From positions 60,824 through 124,823 of IMG/VR virus record IMGVR_UViG_3300036857_000619: 64,000 nt of DNA; one strand, 5' to 3'. Below, piece by piece: positions 26,893 to 35,170 of this stretch. The stretch comes from a virus. Position 1 is the stretch's first letter; every line of letters starts with the position of its first letter. A program made the position numbers and the translations under genes. Under the pieces are notes generated by a model, which ran no database searches, was not told where the DNA came from, and worked only from the letters and a program-made list of their open reading frames with translations.

Positions 26893-28748
26893 GCCGCTTC
26901 CCAGCGGCGCTCGAGCTCGGTATCGCGCTCGCGGGCGTTGAGCAGCCCGCTGTAGGCCGGCATCGCGGCGTCCCACAGCGCCGCGCACTCGCGCTGGTCG
27001 GCCGCGTCGAAGCGCACCTGCTCGGGCACGATCGGCAGTGGGTGACCGAGCGGCTGCATCGGCTGCGGCGCGTCCGCCTGCCGCTCGTTCGGCTGCGGCC
27101 AGCGCAGTCGCAAAAACTCGCGGCGACTCGAACGCGCGGCGCCGGTGTCTTCAGCCTTCTGCTGGTCGCCCTCGGACTGCAGCCCTTCGCGGCCGCCTGA
27201 CGGGCGGTTGTCGGCGCCGCCGGGGCGAGCCGGCACGGTGCCCTCGGCGGTGGCGTTGCCGAACTCGGGCGGCGCCTCGCCGCGCGGCACCATGCGCGGC
27301 TTGGCCTGATCGGGCAGGTGGCCAGTGGCCTCCATCGAGGCCTGCACCTGGGAGTCCCAGCCCATCAGATACGTCTTGGTGGCCGTGTCGACCATCAGCG
27401 CCTTGGTCATCGCATCGCGGTACAGCTCGGCGGCGCGCAGCTCGGCGAAACGCCAGGTGGCGGTGGCGGCGATGCCCTGGGCATTCAGCACCAGCGTGGC
27501 GAACTCGGAGAGCAGGCTCTCCGACAGGTGCTGGATGGATTTGACGCCCGCGGCCTGGATCTCCCACTGGCGGTTGGCGTTGGCCTCGCTCTGGCCCTCG
27601 GTCATGCCCATCAGCAGCGGCATGCTTTTAAGCGCACGCGCGAGTTGGCGCTCGAGGACCTCGATGAGCTGGCTGACGCCGCGCAGCGAGTCGGCGTTGA
27701 CGGCGCCGGTGGGCGGCCGCACCTCGACCAGGTCGGTGTGCACGAAGGCGGCGTCCGGCTCGAGCGCGTTGTAGGCGGCGGAGACGGCGTCGGTGGTCGC
27801 CTCGACGAAGTTCTTCCAGGCGTTCGGGTCGCTCTTGACGGCCGGGCCGGCCAGCAGCGCCAGCTGCTCGAGTTTGATCAGCAGGTCGTACCGCGGATAG
27901 CCCTGCTGGGCGACCACACGGCGGAGGTCGCCGAGCAGTCCGAGCAGGAACAGGCTGTTGAAGAGCGCCGGCGCCGAAGGGCTGCGGCCGTAGGGGATGC
28001 CTGGCGCGGGATCGACCGGAACGTACTTGATCGTCGGCCGATCGAGCAGCACCCAGCGCGCTTGCTGGTACTGGCCGAGATCCCACACCTGACCGCGGAG
28101 CGGGTCCACGCGCCGTCGAAAGCGCGCGGTGGTGGGATCGGGTGTGGCGAAGTCGATCGCCACGCGGCCCTGCTCGTCGAGCACCAGCTCGGCGAAGAGC
28201 GCGCCGCGCAGGAACGCGCCGAAGTGGAGCCGGCCGACGACCACGTCCATGCTGCCGTAGAGCTTCTCGAGCGAGCTGGCCCACTTGTCCAGCACGGCCT
28301 GGGCGGCGGGATACGGCCGCTGGGTCCCCGGATGCATCGCCTTGAGCTCCCAGCCGGGGTTGACCAGCCGGAGGAAGTCCCAGAGCGAGCGGCTGACGTC
28401 CGGCGACAGGTCGGCGAGCACGCGCAGCAGCCGCTGGGCGGGCATGCTGCGGATCGTCGAGGCGTCCAGGTTGATGAGCCGCCAGCCCTCGGTGATCTCG
28501 TCCGGCGGCATGATGAACGGGTAGCCACCGAAGAACTGCCAGGGGAAGTCGGTGCTGACGCGGCCGCCGCCACGGGCGAAGCCGCGTGGCGGGTTGGGTG
28601 GCGCGGATGACGTGCCAGGCGCGACACCCGGATACGCGGCGCCCTCGGCGGAGATGCCCTCGATGCCCGTGTCGAGGGTCTGCCGTTGGTGGCCGTCGTC
28701 GGACGATATCCCGAAGAAGCGGTCGCGCAGGTCGGCAAGCAGCGGCAT
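26889..28748 (-). CDS. Portal protein, 619 aa
   Basis: First gene of the head module; GAFLRGALFAELV, YGRSP..PAL, GYPRYDL patterns; low-complexity C-terminus. Confidence 0.8.
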   Translation of the reverse strand: MPLLADLRDRFFGISSDDGHQRQTLDTGIEGISAEGAAYPGVAPGTSSAPPNPPRGFARGGGRVSTDFPWQFFGGYPFIMPPDEITEGWRLINLDASTIRSMPAQRLLRVLADLSPDVSRSLWDFLRLVNPGWELKAMHPGTQRPYPAAQAVLDKWASSLEKLYGSMDVVVGRLHFGAFLRGALFAELVLDEQGRVAIDFATPDPTTARFRRRVDPLRGQVWDLGQYQQARWVLLDRPTIKYVPVDPAPGIPYGRSPSAPALFNSLFLLGLLGDLRRVVAQQGYPRYDLLIKLEQLALLAGPAVKSDPNAWKNFVEATTDAVSAAYNALEPDAAFVHTDLVEVRPPTGAVNADSLRGVSQLIEVLERQLARALKSMPLLMGMTEGQSEANANRQWEIQAAGVKSIQHLSESLLSEFATLVLNAQGIAATATWRFAELRAAELYRDAMTKALMVDTATKTYLMGWDSQVQASMEATGHLPDQAKPRMVPRGEAPPEFGNATAEGTVPARPGGADNRPSGGREGLQSEGDQQKAEDTGAARSSRREFLRLRWPQPNERQADAPQPMQPLGHPLPIVPEQVRFDAADQRECAALWDAAMPAYSGLLNARERDTELERRWEAA

Positions 28749-28890
28749 GGGGATGGTTGGCCCGATCCGGCCCGAGCATAGCCCCGGTTTCCGGGCTCAG
28801 TCCCGCGCTGGGCCGGCGTCATGACGCGCCGGCCCCATCGCTTGAGAGGCGACCGACGAGCAGGCACAGTGCAGCCGACAGGAGGAGCTG

Positions 28891-29073
28891 ATGGCCACCC
28901 AGCCCCACACCCACTACGTTTGGGCATCCCCCGCCCGCTGGGGATTGCTCATCCTCGCGGTGCTCACGCTGTTGCTCGCCGCCTTTCACGCCAACCCGTT
29001 CGCGCCGACGGTCGATCTGACGGATCTGGGGCTGGCGCTCGGATTCGGCGCGTTCCTGGTTCCCGGTCCCTGA
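28891..29073 (+). CDS. Holin-like two-TM membrane protein (60 aa)
   Basis: GGAGGAG RBS; two hydrophobic segments; heads the lysis cassette. Confidence 0.55.
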   Translation: MATQPHTHYVWASPARWGLLILAVLTLLLAAFHANPFAPTVDLTDLGLALGFGAFLVPGP

Positions 29074-29074
29074 T

Positions 29075-29317
29075 ATGGCGTACGGCTCGTATATCGATCA
29101 TCTCATCTGGAGCTCAATTCTTCCGGATTTAGTACTTAACCCAGAGGCGGCGATTTACGTCTTTTGGAGGCAACTGCGCAACGACCCGGCCACGCCGAAC
29201 CCCGGCCCGCCGATCACCCCGGAGATCGAGACGGAGATCGGCGTCCAGCAGGCGTTTAGCTCGGGGATAGTTCTGGGCTGGAACGAGACCGACGGCGCCT
29301 ACATCGCCAACGGCTAA
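29075..29317 (+). CDS. Small lysis-cassette protein (80 aa), possible cell-wall-binding module
   Basis: AIYVFWRQ...GPPITPEIE...QQAFSSG.VL.W resembles LGFP-type repeats; coupled to GH19. Confidence 0.45.
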   Translation: MAYGSYIDHLIWSSILPDLVLNPEAAIYVFWRQLRNDPATPNPGPPITPEIETEIGVQQAFSSGIVLGWNETDGAYIANG

Positions 29318-29886
29318 TGGTTAGCGCGGCCACCTTCCATCCACCGCAACATGTCGTTCAACCGCCTGCCCCGGAAGGCTGCTGGTCACGCTGGGACGCG
29401 GGCACGATGGCTCGCTGCACGAACTGTCCGCAGCTGGTCATTGAGGCCAACTGGCCAGCGATCTACGCAGAGCTCGAGCGCTGCGGTATCGCCTCCCCTG
29501 AAGTGCAGGCCGGCGCATTGAGCACGATCGCCATCGAGACGGCGCGCACGTTCGCCCCGGTGCGCGAGGCGTACTGGATGAGCGAGGACTGGCGCGCCGA
29601 GAACCTGCGCTACTCCCCCTACTACGGGCGCGGCTACATCCAACTGACCTGGGACTACAACTACCAGAGCTACGGCCAGATCGTCGCCCAGCCACTGCTC
29701 GAGCAACCCGACCTGGCGCTCGAGGAGGCGATTGCCGCCAGCGTCTTCGCCGAGTTCTTCGGTCGCTCGGGCGCCGCGGCGGCGGCGCAGCGCTGCGACT
29801 GGACCGAGTGCCGGCGTCGAGTGCAGGGTGGGTCGGCCGGGCTCGACGAGCTGAAGCACGTGTGTGCCTGCCTGGGCTATCCATGA
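29317..29886 (+). CDS. Glycoside hydrolase family 19 endolysin, 189 aa
   Basis: AIET...VRE catalytic Glu pair and YYGRGYIQLTWDYNY signature. Confidence 0.88.
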   Translation: MVSAATFHPPQHVVQPPAPEGCWSRWDAGTMARCTNCPQLVIEANWPAIYAELERCGIASPEVQAGALSTIAIETARTFAPVREAYWMSEDWRAENLRYSPYYGRGYIQLTWDYNYQSYGQIVAQPLLEQPDLALEEAIAASVFAEFFGRSGAAAAAQRCDWTECRRRVQGGSAGLDELKHVCACLGYP

Positions 29887-30431
29887 CCAGCCCCGTCCTG
29901 TTCAACCCGCACAACTTCGCGATTCCGGTCGACATTCCACTGCCGGAACCGATCACGCCGGTGGCCGGCTGGTACGACTACTTCGATCGCCACCGCGACC
30001 TGTACATGGCCCCCCAGGTGTACGACTGGACCTGCTCCGTGGCGTCCACGACGTGGGTTCTCCAAGCCTCAGGGCTCGACGTCAACGCGGCACGCGAGTC
30101 GGTGGCCTACGCGATCGGTTATCCGCAGTGCGTCAATCCGCAGTACGGGTTAATGGACACCAACTGCGTCGAGCGGGTGTTCCGCAGCTACGGCGTGGAG
30201 TGCCGCACGCTGTGGCCGAACTTCGACCAGATGTACGAGTTGGCCGAACGCACCACGGGCCTGCTTAATTCCACGCGCTGGTACCACTTCGTGGGCATCC
30301 GCGGCGTCTCTGGCAGCTCGATCTGGGTGGCGAATTCGGCCGTCGGCTACAAGGGCATCGGCGAGCTGGTCAGCCGCGGACAGTGGGATGCCTGGGCGAA
30401 CTCATGGAAATGCGTTGTGCTGGAGCCATGA
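29883..30431 (+). CDS. C39-like (papain-fold) cysteine peptidase (182 aa)
   Basis: Q.YDWTCSVAS, WYHFVGIRG, WVANS (Q/C/H/N catalytic set); ATGA overlap at 29883. Confidence 0.7.
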   Translation: MTSPVLFNPHNFAIPVDIPLPEPITPVAGWYDYFDRHRDLYMAPQVYDWTCSVASTTWVLQASGLDVNAARESVAYAIGYPQCVNPQYGLMDTNCVERVFRSYGVECRTLWPNFDQMYELAERTTGLLNSTRWYHFVGIRGVSGSSIWVANSAVGYKGIGELVSRGQWDAWANSWKCVVLEP

Positions 30432-30640
30432 GCGCGGCGAAAGAACAGGTCGCGTTCGGTGAGGCAATCGTTGCCGATCTGGTGCGACTGTTTCCTGACT
30501 ATCCGCCGAATTGCTTCACATCCAACGCTGCGAACGCCCGTCTTGGGGGTCTTTTGACGATCACCATGCCGGACGCTGTTGCGCGAAGACTGATCGACGA
30601 AGCCCTGCGCTCGTGGAAATCCGTTGTGCTGGAGCCATGA
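30401..30640 (+). repeat. 31-bp direct repeat (30401-30431 / 30610-30640)
   Basis: CTCATGGAAATGCGTTGTGCTGGAGCCATGA vs CTCGTGGAAATCCGTTGTGCTGGAGCCATGA, 29/31 identical. Confidence 0.9.
30428..30640 (+). CDS. Small hypothetical protein (70 aa) ending like the peptidase (WKSVVLEP)
   Basis: ATGA overlap; bounded by a 31-bp direct repeat. Confidence 0.45.
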   Translation: MSAAKEQVAFGEAIVADLVRLFPDYPPNCFTSNAANARLGGLLTITMPDAVARRLIDEALRSWKSVVLEP

Positions 30641-30731
30641 ATCGCTTCGTAGCGCCCTGATCATGAGCATTGCGCAACCACGACGAGTGGTGATCCTGGT
30701 CGGCGCCGGCCTGGTCGTGTGAGCTCCGTCT

Positions 30732-30977
30732 GTGGCTGAGTCGCCTCCTGAAAGCGAGTGGCACGAGGATGCGCGCGTGACGGCCACGCGGCTGGTGTGT
30801 CAGATGATCGTGACGCTGACCGTCCTGGTCGCTTCCGTCCTGCTGGTGCTGACGCATCCCGAGTACGCGGCGGGCGTCGCGCTGGTGTGCGGCGTGGTGC
30901 TGGGCAGTTGGTTCACCATGCCGCGTGACCTGCGCGGGGGGCGCGGCCGCCGCCGTCGCCAGGATTCCGAGGACTAG
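30732..30977 (+). CDS. Two-TM holin/antiholin-like protein (81 aa)
   Basis: Two hydrophobic helices and a basic C-terminal tail. Confidence 0.5.
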   Translation: MAESPPESEWHEDARVTATRLVCQMIVTLTVLVASVLLVLTHPEYAAGVALVCGVVLGSWFTMPRDLRGGRGRRRRQDSED

Positions 30978-31703
30978 ATGCTGGCCCTGGCGGTGGGCCT
31001 GGCCATGCTGCTGCACGCCCAGTGCGTCAATCCGCTCGGCACCATCGAGGTGTGTTCGACGCCGACCGAAACGCCCATGCCTGAGCCGACCGAGACGCCA
31101 ACCCTGGAACCGACGCCGACGCCAGAGCCAACCGAGACGCCGACGGTTGCGCCGACCCCCACGCTCGAGCCGACCCAGACACCGGTCCCGCCGCCGGTGG
31201 TAGTTGTGGTGACCGAGACGCCCACGCCGCGGGAGCTCCCTACGCCCAGGCCCACCCCGGACGTACCGACGCCCCCTACGCCCAGGCCCACCCCGGACGT
31301 ACCGACGCCGCAGCCGCGATTCCGCCCGACGCTTCCGCCCGGCCCCGAACGAGCGAGGTCGGCTGCGTGCCTGGCGGCGCCTCCACCCGTGCCTGACCTG
31401 TCGGGAGTTCGGGACGTGAGCTGGACGAACGAGCAGCGCTGTGGCGGCACGCCCGAGGCACTGGCTACCCAGCACGAGCTACCTGCTCTCCGCACGCCAG
31501 CGTCCGCGCCAGATCGCGGCGGCAACGGTGCGCTGGTGGTGGTGGTGATCCTGCCCGCACGCGAGCCGACCGAGACGGCAACCCCTGAGCGCGTGTTGAT
31601 CAATCCGCCCGCTTCAACGGATGAAGCGCCGCCCGAGTGGCCAGAGGTGCCAGTTCAGTTACCTGAAGAGACTGGTGCTGTTGATCGCCAACCAGCCAGG
31701 TGA
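30978..31703 (+). CDS. Exported Pro/Thr-rich protein, 241 aa
   Basis: Hydrophobic N-terminus; EPTETPT and PTPRPTPDVP repeats. Confidence 0.6.
   Translation: MLALAVGLAMLLHAQCVNPLGTIEVCSTPTETPMPEPTETPTLEPTPTPEPTETPTVAPTPTLEPTQTPVPPPVVVVVTETPTPRELPTPRPTPDVPTPPTPRPTPDVPTPQPRFRPTLPPGPERARSAACLAAPPPVPDLSGVRDVSWTNEQRCGGTPEALATQHELPALRTPASAPDRGGNGALVVVVILPAREPTETATPERVLINPPASTDEAPPEWPEVPVQLPEETGAVDRQPAR
31238..31309 (+). repeat. Perfect 36-bp tandem duplication (PTPRPTPDVPTP x2)
   Basis: CCCTACGCCCAGGCCCACCCCGGACGTACCGACGCC twice, in frame. Confidence 0.85.
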
Positions 31704-31853
31704 CCACCACATCCTGTTGTGCGAGGAGTGGCTGAAAGAGCACTCGCCGCCGGCCCGCCACCCACGCGGCCTGGCAAGGTCAACCAGCCGGCCCATGTGG
31801 TGCGGCCGCGTATGGACCCGTGCTAGCGTCGGGCCGAGTTTGGGATTGACGAC

Positions 31854-32435
31854 ATGACCCAGGCGACGAATGACCTGACCGAGCTGGTCAGCCAGGCACA
31901 GTTGGTTCCGCTTTCGAGCCTGCGCCCAGCCGTTTGGAATCCTAGGGTCATTCGATCCGAGCGCATGAAGAACCTGATGCGCTCGATCGAGCGCGACCCG
32001 GACATGCTGCGGCTGCGGCCGGTGCTGGCCAGGCTGAACGGCGAGATCTACGCCGGCAACCAGCGTTACCTGGCCTGCCAGCAGCTCGGCCGCGAGACGA
32101 TCTGGGCGCATCTCGAGGACGTCTCCGAACAGGTCGCCAAGGAGCGCGCGCTGCGCGACAACAACGAGTGGGGCGCCTGGGACGACGACAAGCTGCGCGA
32201 CATGGTCGCCGATCTCAAACAGCTGGGCTCCGACGTCGCGCTGCTCGGTTTTGACGACAAGGAGCTGCAGGCGCTGATGGGCGGCCGCGGCATGCCGGCG
32301 CCGGGCGACGCGGACACCGACGCGACGGAGCATCTGTTCGGGGTGGTGGTCACCTGCAGCGACGAAGCGCAACAGGTCGAGCTGCTCGAGCGGCTGACCG
32401 AAGAGGGCTACGACGTGCGCGCGCTGGTCTCTTGA
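31854..32435 (+). CDS. ParB/Srx N-terminal domain protein, 193 aa
   Basis: LRPAVWNPR...L..SI...P.V.....EIYAGNQRYLA...LG...DN...G.WD..L pattern of phage ParB-N proteins. Confidence 0.85.
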   Translation: MTQATNDLTELVSQAQLVPLSSLRPAVWNPRVIRSERMKNLMRSIERDPDMLRLRPVLARLNGEIYAGNQRYLACQQLGRETIWAHLEDVSEQVAKERALRDNNEWGAWDDDKLRDMVADLKQLGSDVALLGFDDKELQALMGGRGMPAPGDADTDATEHLFGVVVTCSDEAQQVELLERLTEEGYDVRALVS

Positions 32436-32451
32436 TGACGCGAGTATTGGG

Positions 32452-32649
32452 GTGTGTGATTTCTGCGGCGACCCAGGCGACCACAACAAGCCGTACGAGG
32501 TTGGCCGCGAGGACCTGGTGGTGCTGCGACTGGTGCCCGCCGAGTTGCACGCGTTGACGCGGCTGCGCACGCACGTGCGCGACGTGCAGCTGCGCGGCTA
32601 CGACCAGGGCCCCGCCGCGGGCGACGTCCAGGCGGATGCGGAGTCATGA
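32452..32649 (+). CDS. Small hypothetical protein (65 aa)
   Basis: Stop overlaps the ATPase-GNAT start (ATGA); N-terminal CDFC. Confidence 0.45.
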   Translation: MCDFCGDPGDHNKPYEVGREDLVVLRLVPAELHALTRLRTHVRDVQLRGYDQGPAAGDVQADAES

Positions 32650-33896
32650 CCACGACAGCTGGGCCTCTGGTGGCGCACGTCAGGAACGAGGTGGCCGTCA
32701 AAAAGTCCGTACGCACGATGCAGGTTTCGTCAATGTTCGACATCCCGCCGCACGAGCGCAGCACGAGCGAGTGGACCGTGTCTCTGCCCCTGCACGAGCG
32801 GGACTGGGGCGTGGGCCTGATCGTCGGGCCATCAGGGGCAGGCAAGACGAGCGTGGCCCGCGCCCTCTTCCCCGAGCAACTCGTCGCCGAGTTCGCGTGG
32901 CCCGCGGAGCGCAGCATCCTGGACGCGTTCCCGGAGGGCATGTCGATCAAGGACATCACCGGCTCGCTGACCGCCGTCGGCTTCGGCTCGCCGCCGGCCT
33001 GGTTCCGTCCGTACGCCAGCCTGAGCACCGGCGAGCAGTTCCGCGTGACGATCGCCCGTGCGCTGGCCGAAAGCCCGGACCGGGTGGTCATCGACGAGTT
33101 CACCAGCACCGTCGATCGGCAGGTGGCGCAGGTCGCCTCACACGCGATCCAGAAGGCGGTCCGCCGCGCGAAGCGGCAGCTGGTAGCGGTGACGTGCCAC
33201 TACGACGTCGTCGACTGGCTGCAGCCCGACTGGATCTACCAGCCGCACACGGGCGAGTTTGCCTGGAGGTTTCTTCAACGACACCCGCCCCTGGAGCTCC
33301 GTCTCCATTCGGTCCATCACTCCGTCTGGCCGGTGTTTGCACGTCATCACTATCTGAGTTCAGAACTGAACAAGTCCGCGGTGTGCTTCGGCGGCTGGAT
33401 CGGCGACGAGCTGGTGGGTTTCACGTCGTACCTGCATCTGCCGCACTACCGCGTCAAGAACGTGAAGCTCGGCCACCGGCTGGTGGTGCTGCCCGACTAC
33501 CAGGGGCTGGGCATCGGCGGGCGCATGGACGACTGGCTCGGCCAGAAGCTGTACGAGGAGGGGTACCGCTACCACAACGTGGTCTCGCACCCGGCGATGA
33601 TCGCGTACTACTCGGCCTCGCCCCGCTGGCGGCTGTTTCGAGGGGCCGGAGCCAAGTCGTACCCGCTGCACAGCTACGGCTCACTCGAAAAGAACCCGAC
33701 GCTGGTGCGGCGCCACGCGCACCCGCGCAACCTGCAAACCATGGCCTTCGAGTACGTGCCGCCCATTCAAGAGGGGGGGGTAGCTGTATGCCGTTCGGCG
33801 CCGACTGCGAATTTGCGGACTTCGCCGCCTGTGTCAGGCACTTCTCGAGCGGCAAGAACAAGAAGTCCAACCCGCGCGCGTACTGCGCCCAGTTAA
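32646..33896 (+). CDS. ABC-type ATPase fused to a GNAT acyltransferase, 416 aa as assembled
   Basis: Walker A GPSGAGKTS, signature LSTGEQFR, Walker B VVIDEF, H-loop VTCH; GNAT motif A RLVVLPDYQGLGIG; no TM partner. Confidence 0.88.
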   Translation: MTTTAGPLVAHVRNEVAVKKSVRTMQVSSMFDIPPHERSTSEWTVSLPLHERDWGVGLIVGPSGAGKTSVARALFPEQLVAEFAWPAERSILDAFPEGMSIKDITGSLTAVGFGSPPAWFRPYASLSTGEQFRVTIARALAESPDRVVIDEFTSTVDRQVAQVASHAIQKAVRRAKRQLVAVTCHYDVVDWLQPDWIYQPHTGEFAWRFLQRHPPLELRLHSVHHSVWPVFARHHYLSSELNKSAVCFGGWIGDELVGFTSYLHLPHYRVKNVKLGHRLVVLPDYQGLGIGGRMDDWLGQKLYEEGYRYHNVVSHPAMIAYYSASPRWRLFRGAGAKSYPLHSYGSLEKNPTLVRRHAHPRNLQTMAFEYVPPIQEGGVAVCRSAPTANLRTSPPVSGTSRAARTRSPTRARTAPS

Positions 33897-34012
33897 TGAA
33901 GGCGACCGAGGAGCACTGCGCGAAGCAGCGCGCGGCCCAGCACGTGCCCGCCGAGCCGCCGCCGGCCGAAGCGCCCGCGGAGTGGCCCATGCCACCGCGC
34001 GTGGGCCCATGA
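33788..34012 (+). CDS. Small hypothetical protein (74 aa)
   Basis: G-run RBS then ATG 33788; MPFGADCEFADFAACV...YCAQL; stop overlaps the panD start. Confidence 0.55.
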   Translation: MPFGADCEFADFAACVRHFSSGKNKKSNPRAYCAQLMKATEEHCAKQRAAQHVPAEPPPAEAPAEWPMPPRVGP

Positions 34013-34371
34013 AGAACTGGGTTGCCGCCAAGATCCACGGCATCGTGGTGACCGACCGGCACTTCAACTACCACGGCTCGGTCACCATCGCCGAACGACT
34101 GCTGGAAGCCGCGGGCATCGAGCCGTACGAGCAGGTCCACGTGGTGAATCTCGAGAGCGGCGCGCGCTGGGTGACGTACGCGCTGCCAGGCCCGGAGTCC
34201 GTGTTCGAAACCAACGGCGGCGGGGCGCACCTGGCCAAGCCTGGCGATCGGTGCGTGGTCATGACGTACGCCATGACCGAGCGCTTCGAGGGCGCGCGGG
34301 TACTGATGATGCGACTCGAGGGCGAGGCGCTGCTGCCGAACGTCGACTTCGATCTGCTGCGCTATCCGTGA
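34009..34371 (+). CDS. panD: L-aspartate 1-decarboxylase (pyruvoyl-dependent), 120 aa
   Basis: K8-I-H10, Y-H-G23/S24 cleavage site, R53, T56-Y57 and NG..AH align with E. coli PanD K9/H11/G24-S25/R54/T57-Y58/N72. Confidence 0.92.
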   Translation: MKNWVAAKIHGIVVTDRHFNYHGSVTIAERLLEAAGIEPYEQVHVVNLESGARWVTYALPGPESVFETNGGGAHLAKPGDRCVVMTYAMTERFEGARVLMMRLEGEALLPNVDFDLLRYP

Positions 34372-34457
34372 GCGACGAGCAGCTGCGCCTGGTGATGTTC
34401 GCCGCACTGGTTGTCACGTTCCTGGTCATCCTGGTCATGCGCGGGAGCAACTGGTGA
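34368..34457 (+). CDS. Single-TM micropeptide (29 aa)
   Basis: GTGA overlaps at both ends; LVMFAALVVTFLVILVM. Confidence 0.45.
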   Translation: MSDEQLRLVMFAALVVTFLVILVMRGSNW

Positions 34458-34462
34458 GGGCA

Positions 34463-35170
34463 ATGCGCGTTCTGGAACTAGGGAACTATGTTTCTGTCGC
34501 CTACGCGGGCATGCTGCTCGCCGAGCAGGGGTTCGAGGTGACCAAGTGGGTGGCGCCCGAGCCGGCGCGCGATCCGATCCTCGGTCTGGACCACGGCGAC
34601 GAGCTGTGGGCGTGGATCAACGCGGGCAAAACGCTGGTCGCGCGCCGGGCCCACGAGCTCGCGCAGCTGCCGCTGGGCGACGTCGGGATCGTGCTGGATA
34701 ACGTTCGACCGGCCACGCTGGCCAGCTGGGGCATCGAGCCGGCCACGCTGGCGCAACGCTGGGCGGTGGTGTGGGTCAGCCTGCGCAGCGAGGTCGGCGA
34801 GCGCAGCTTCGACGTCGTCGCCCAGGCGCGCAGCTGGATGGAGTACGGACCCTGGCTGCCGATCTACCTGGGCGACACCACCGCCGGGCTGATGATGGCC
34901 TTCAAGGCGCTGGCCAAACTCGCCCGCCACGAGCCCGGCCACTACGTCCTCGGCCAGGCCAGCTGCTTACAGAAACTTGTCGAGGGCGAGCTGGTGGTCG
35001 ATGCGCCGCTGCGCGAGCAGAACACGCGCTGGGACCTCGACGAATACTGGGCCGGGCCCGACGGCGCCCACGTCTGCTACCGCGGCGAGCTGCTGCGCGA
35101 GCCGATTCGCGATCGCGCCTGGAAGCTCGAGCACCTGTACCACGACGGGGCCGGACGGATCCGCCTCTAA
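34463..35170 (+). CDS. CoA-transferase family III (CaiB/BaiF-like), short form (235 aa)
   Basis: RVLELGNYVSVAYAGMLLAEQGFEVTKW, W...NAGK, DIVLDNVRP..L..WGI, VWVSL, LGDTTAG (catalytic Asp position). Confidence 0.85.
   Translation: MRVLELGNYVSVAYAGMLLAEQGFEVTKWVAPEPARDPILGLDHGDELWAWINAGKTLVARRAHELAQLPLGDVGIVLDNVRPATLASWGIEPATLAQRWAVVWVSLRSEVGERSFDVVAQARSWMEYGPWLPIYLGDTTAGLMMAFKALAKLARHEPGHYVLGQASCLQKLVEGELVVDAPLREQNTRWDLDEYWAGPDGAHVCYRGELLREPIRDRAWKLEHLYHDGAGRIRL

Noticed and set aside
31238-31309. 36-bp repeat as a possible CRISPR repeat
   Set aside because: Two copies directly adjacent with no spacer, in frame within a Pro/Thr linker.
32646-33896. Annotation as an ABC transporter subunit
   Set aside because: No permease partner; fused GNAT domain and ParB context point to a soluble enzyme.
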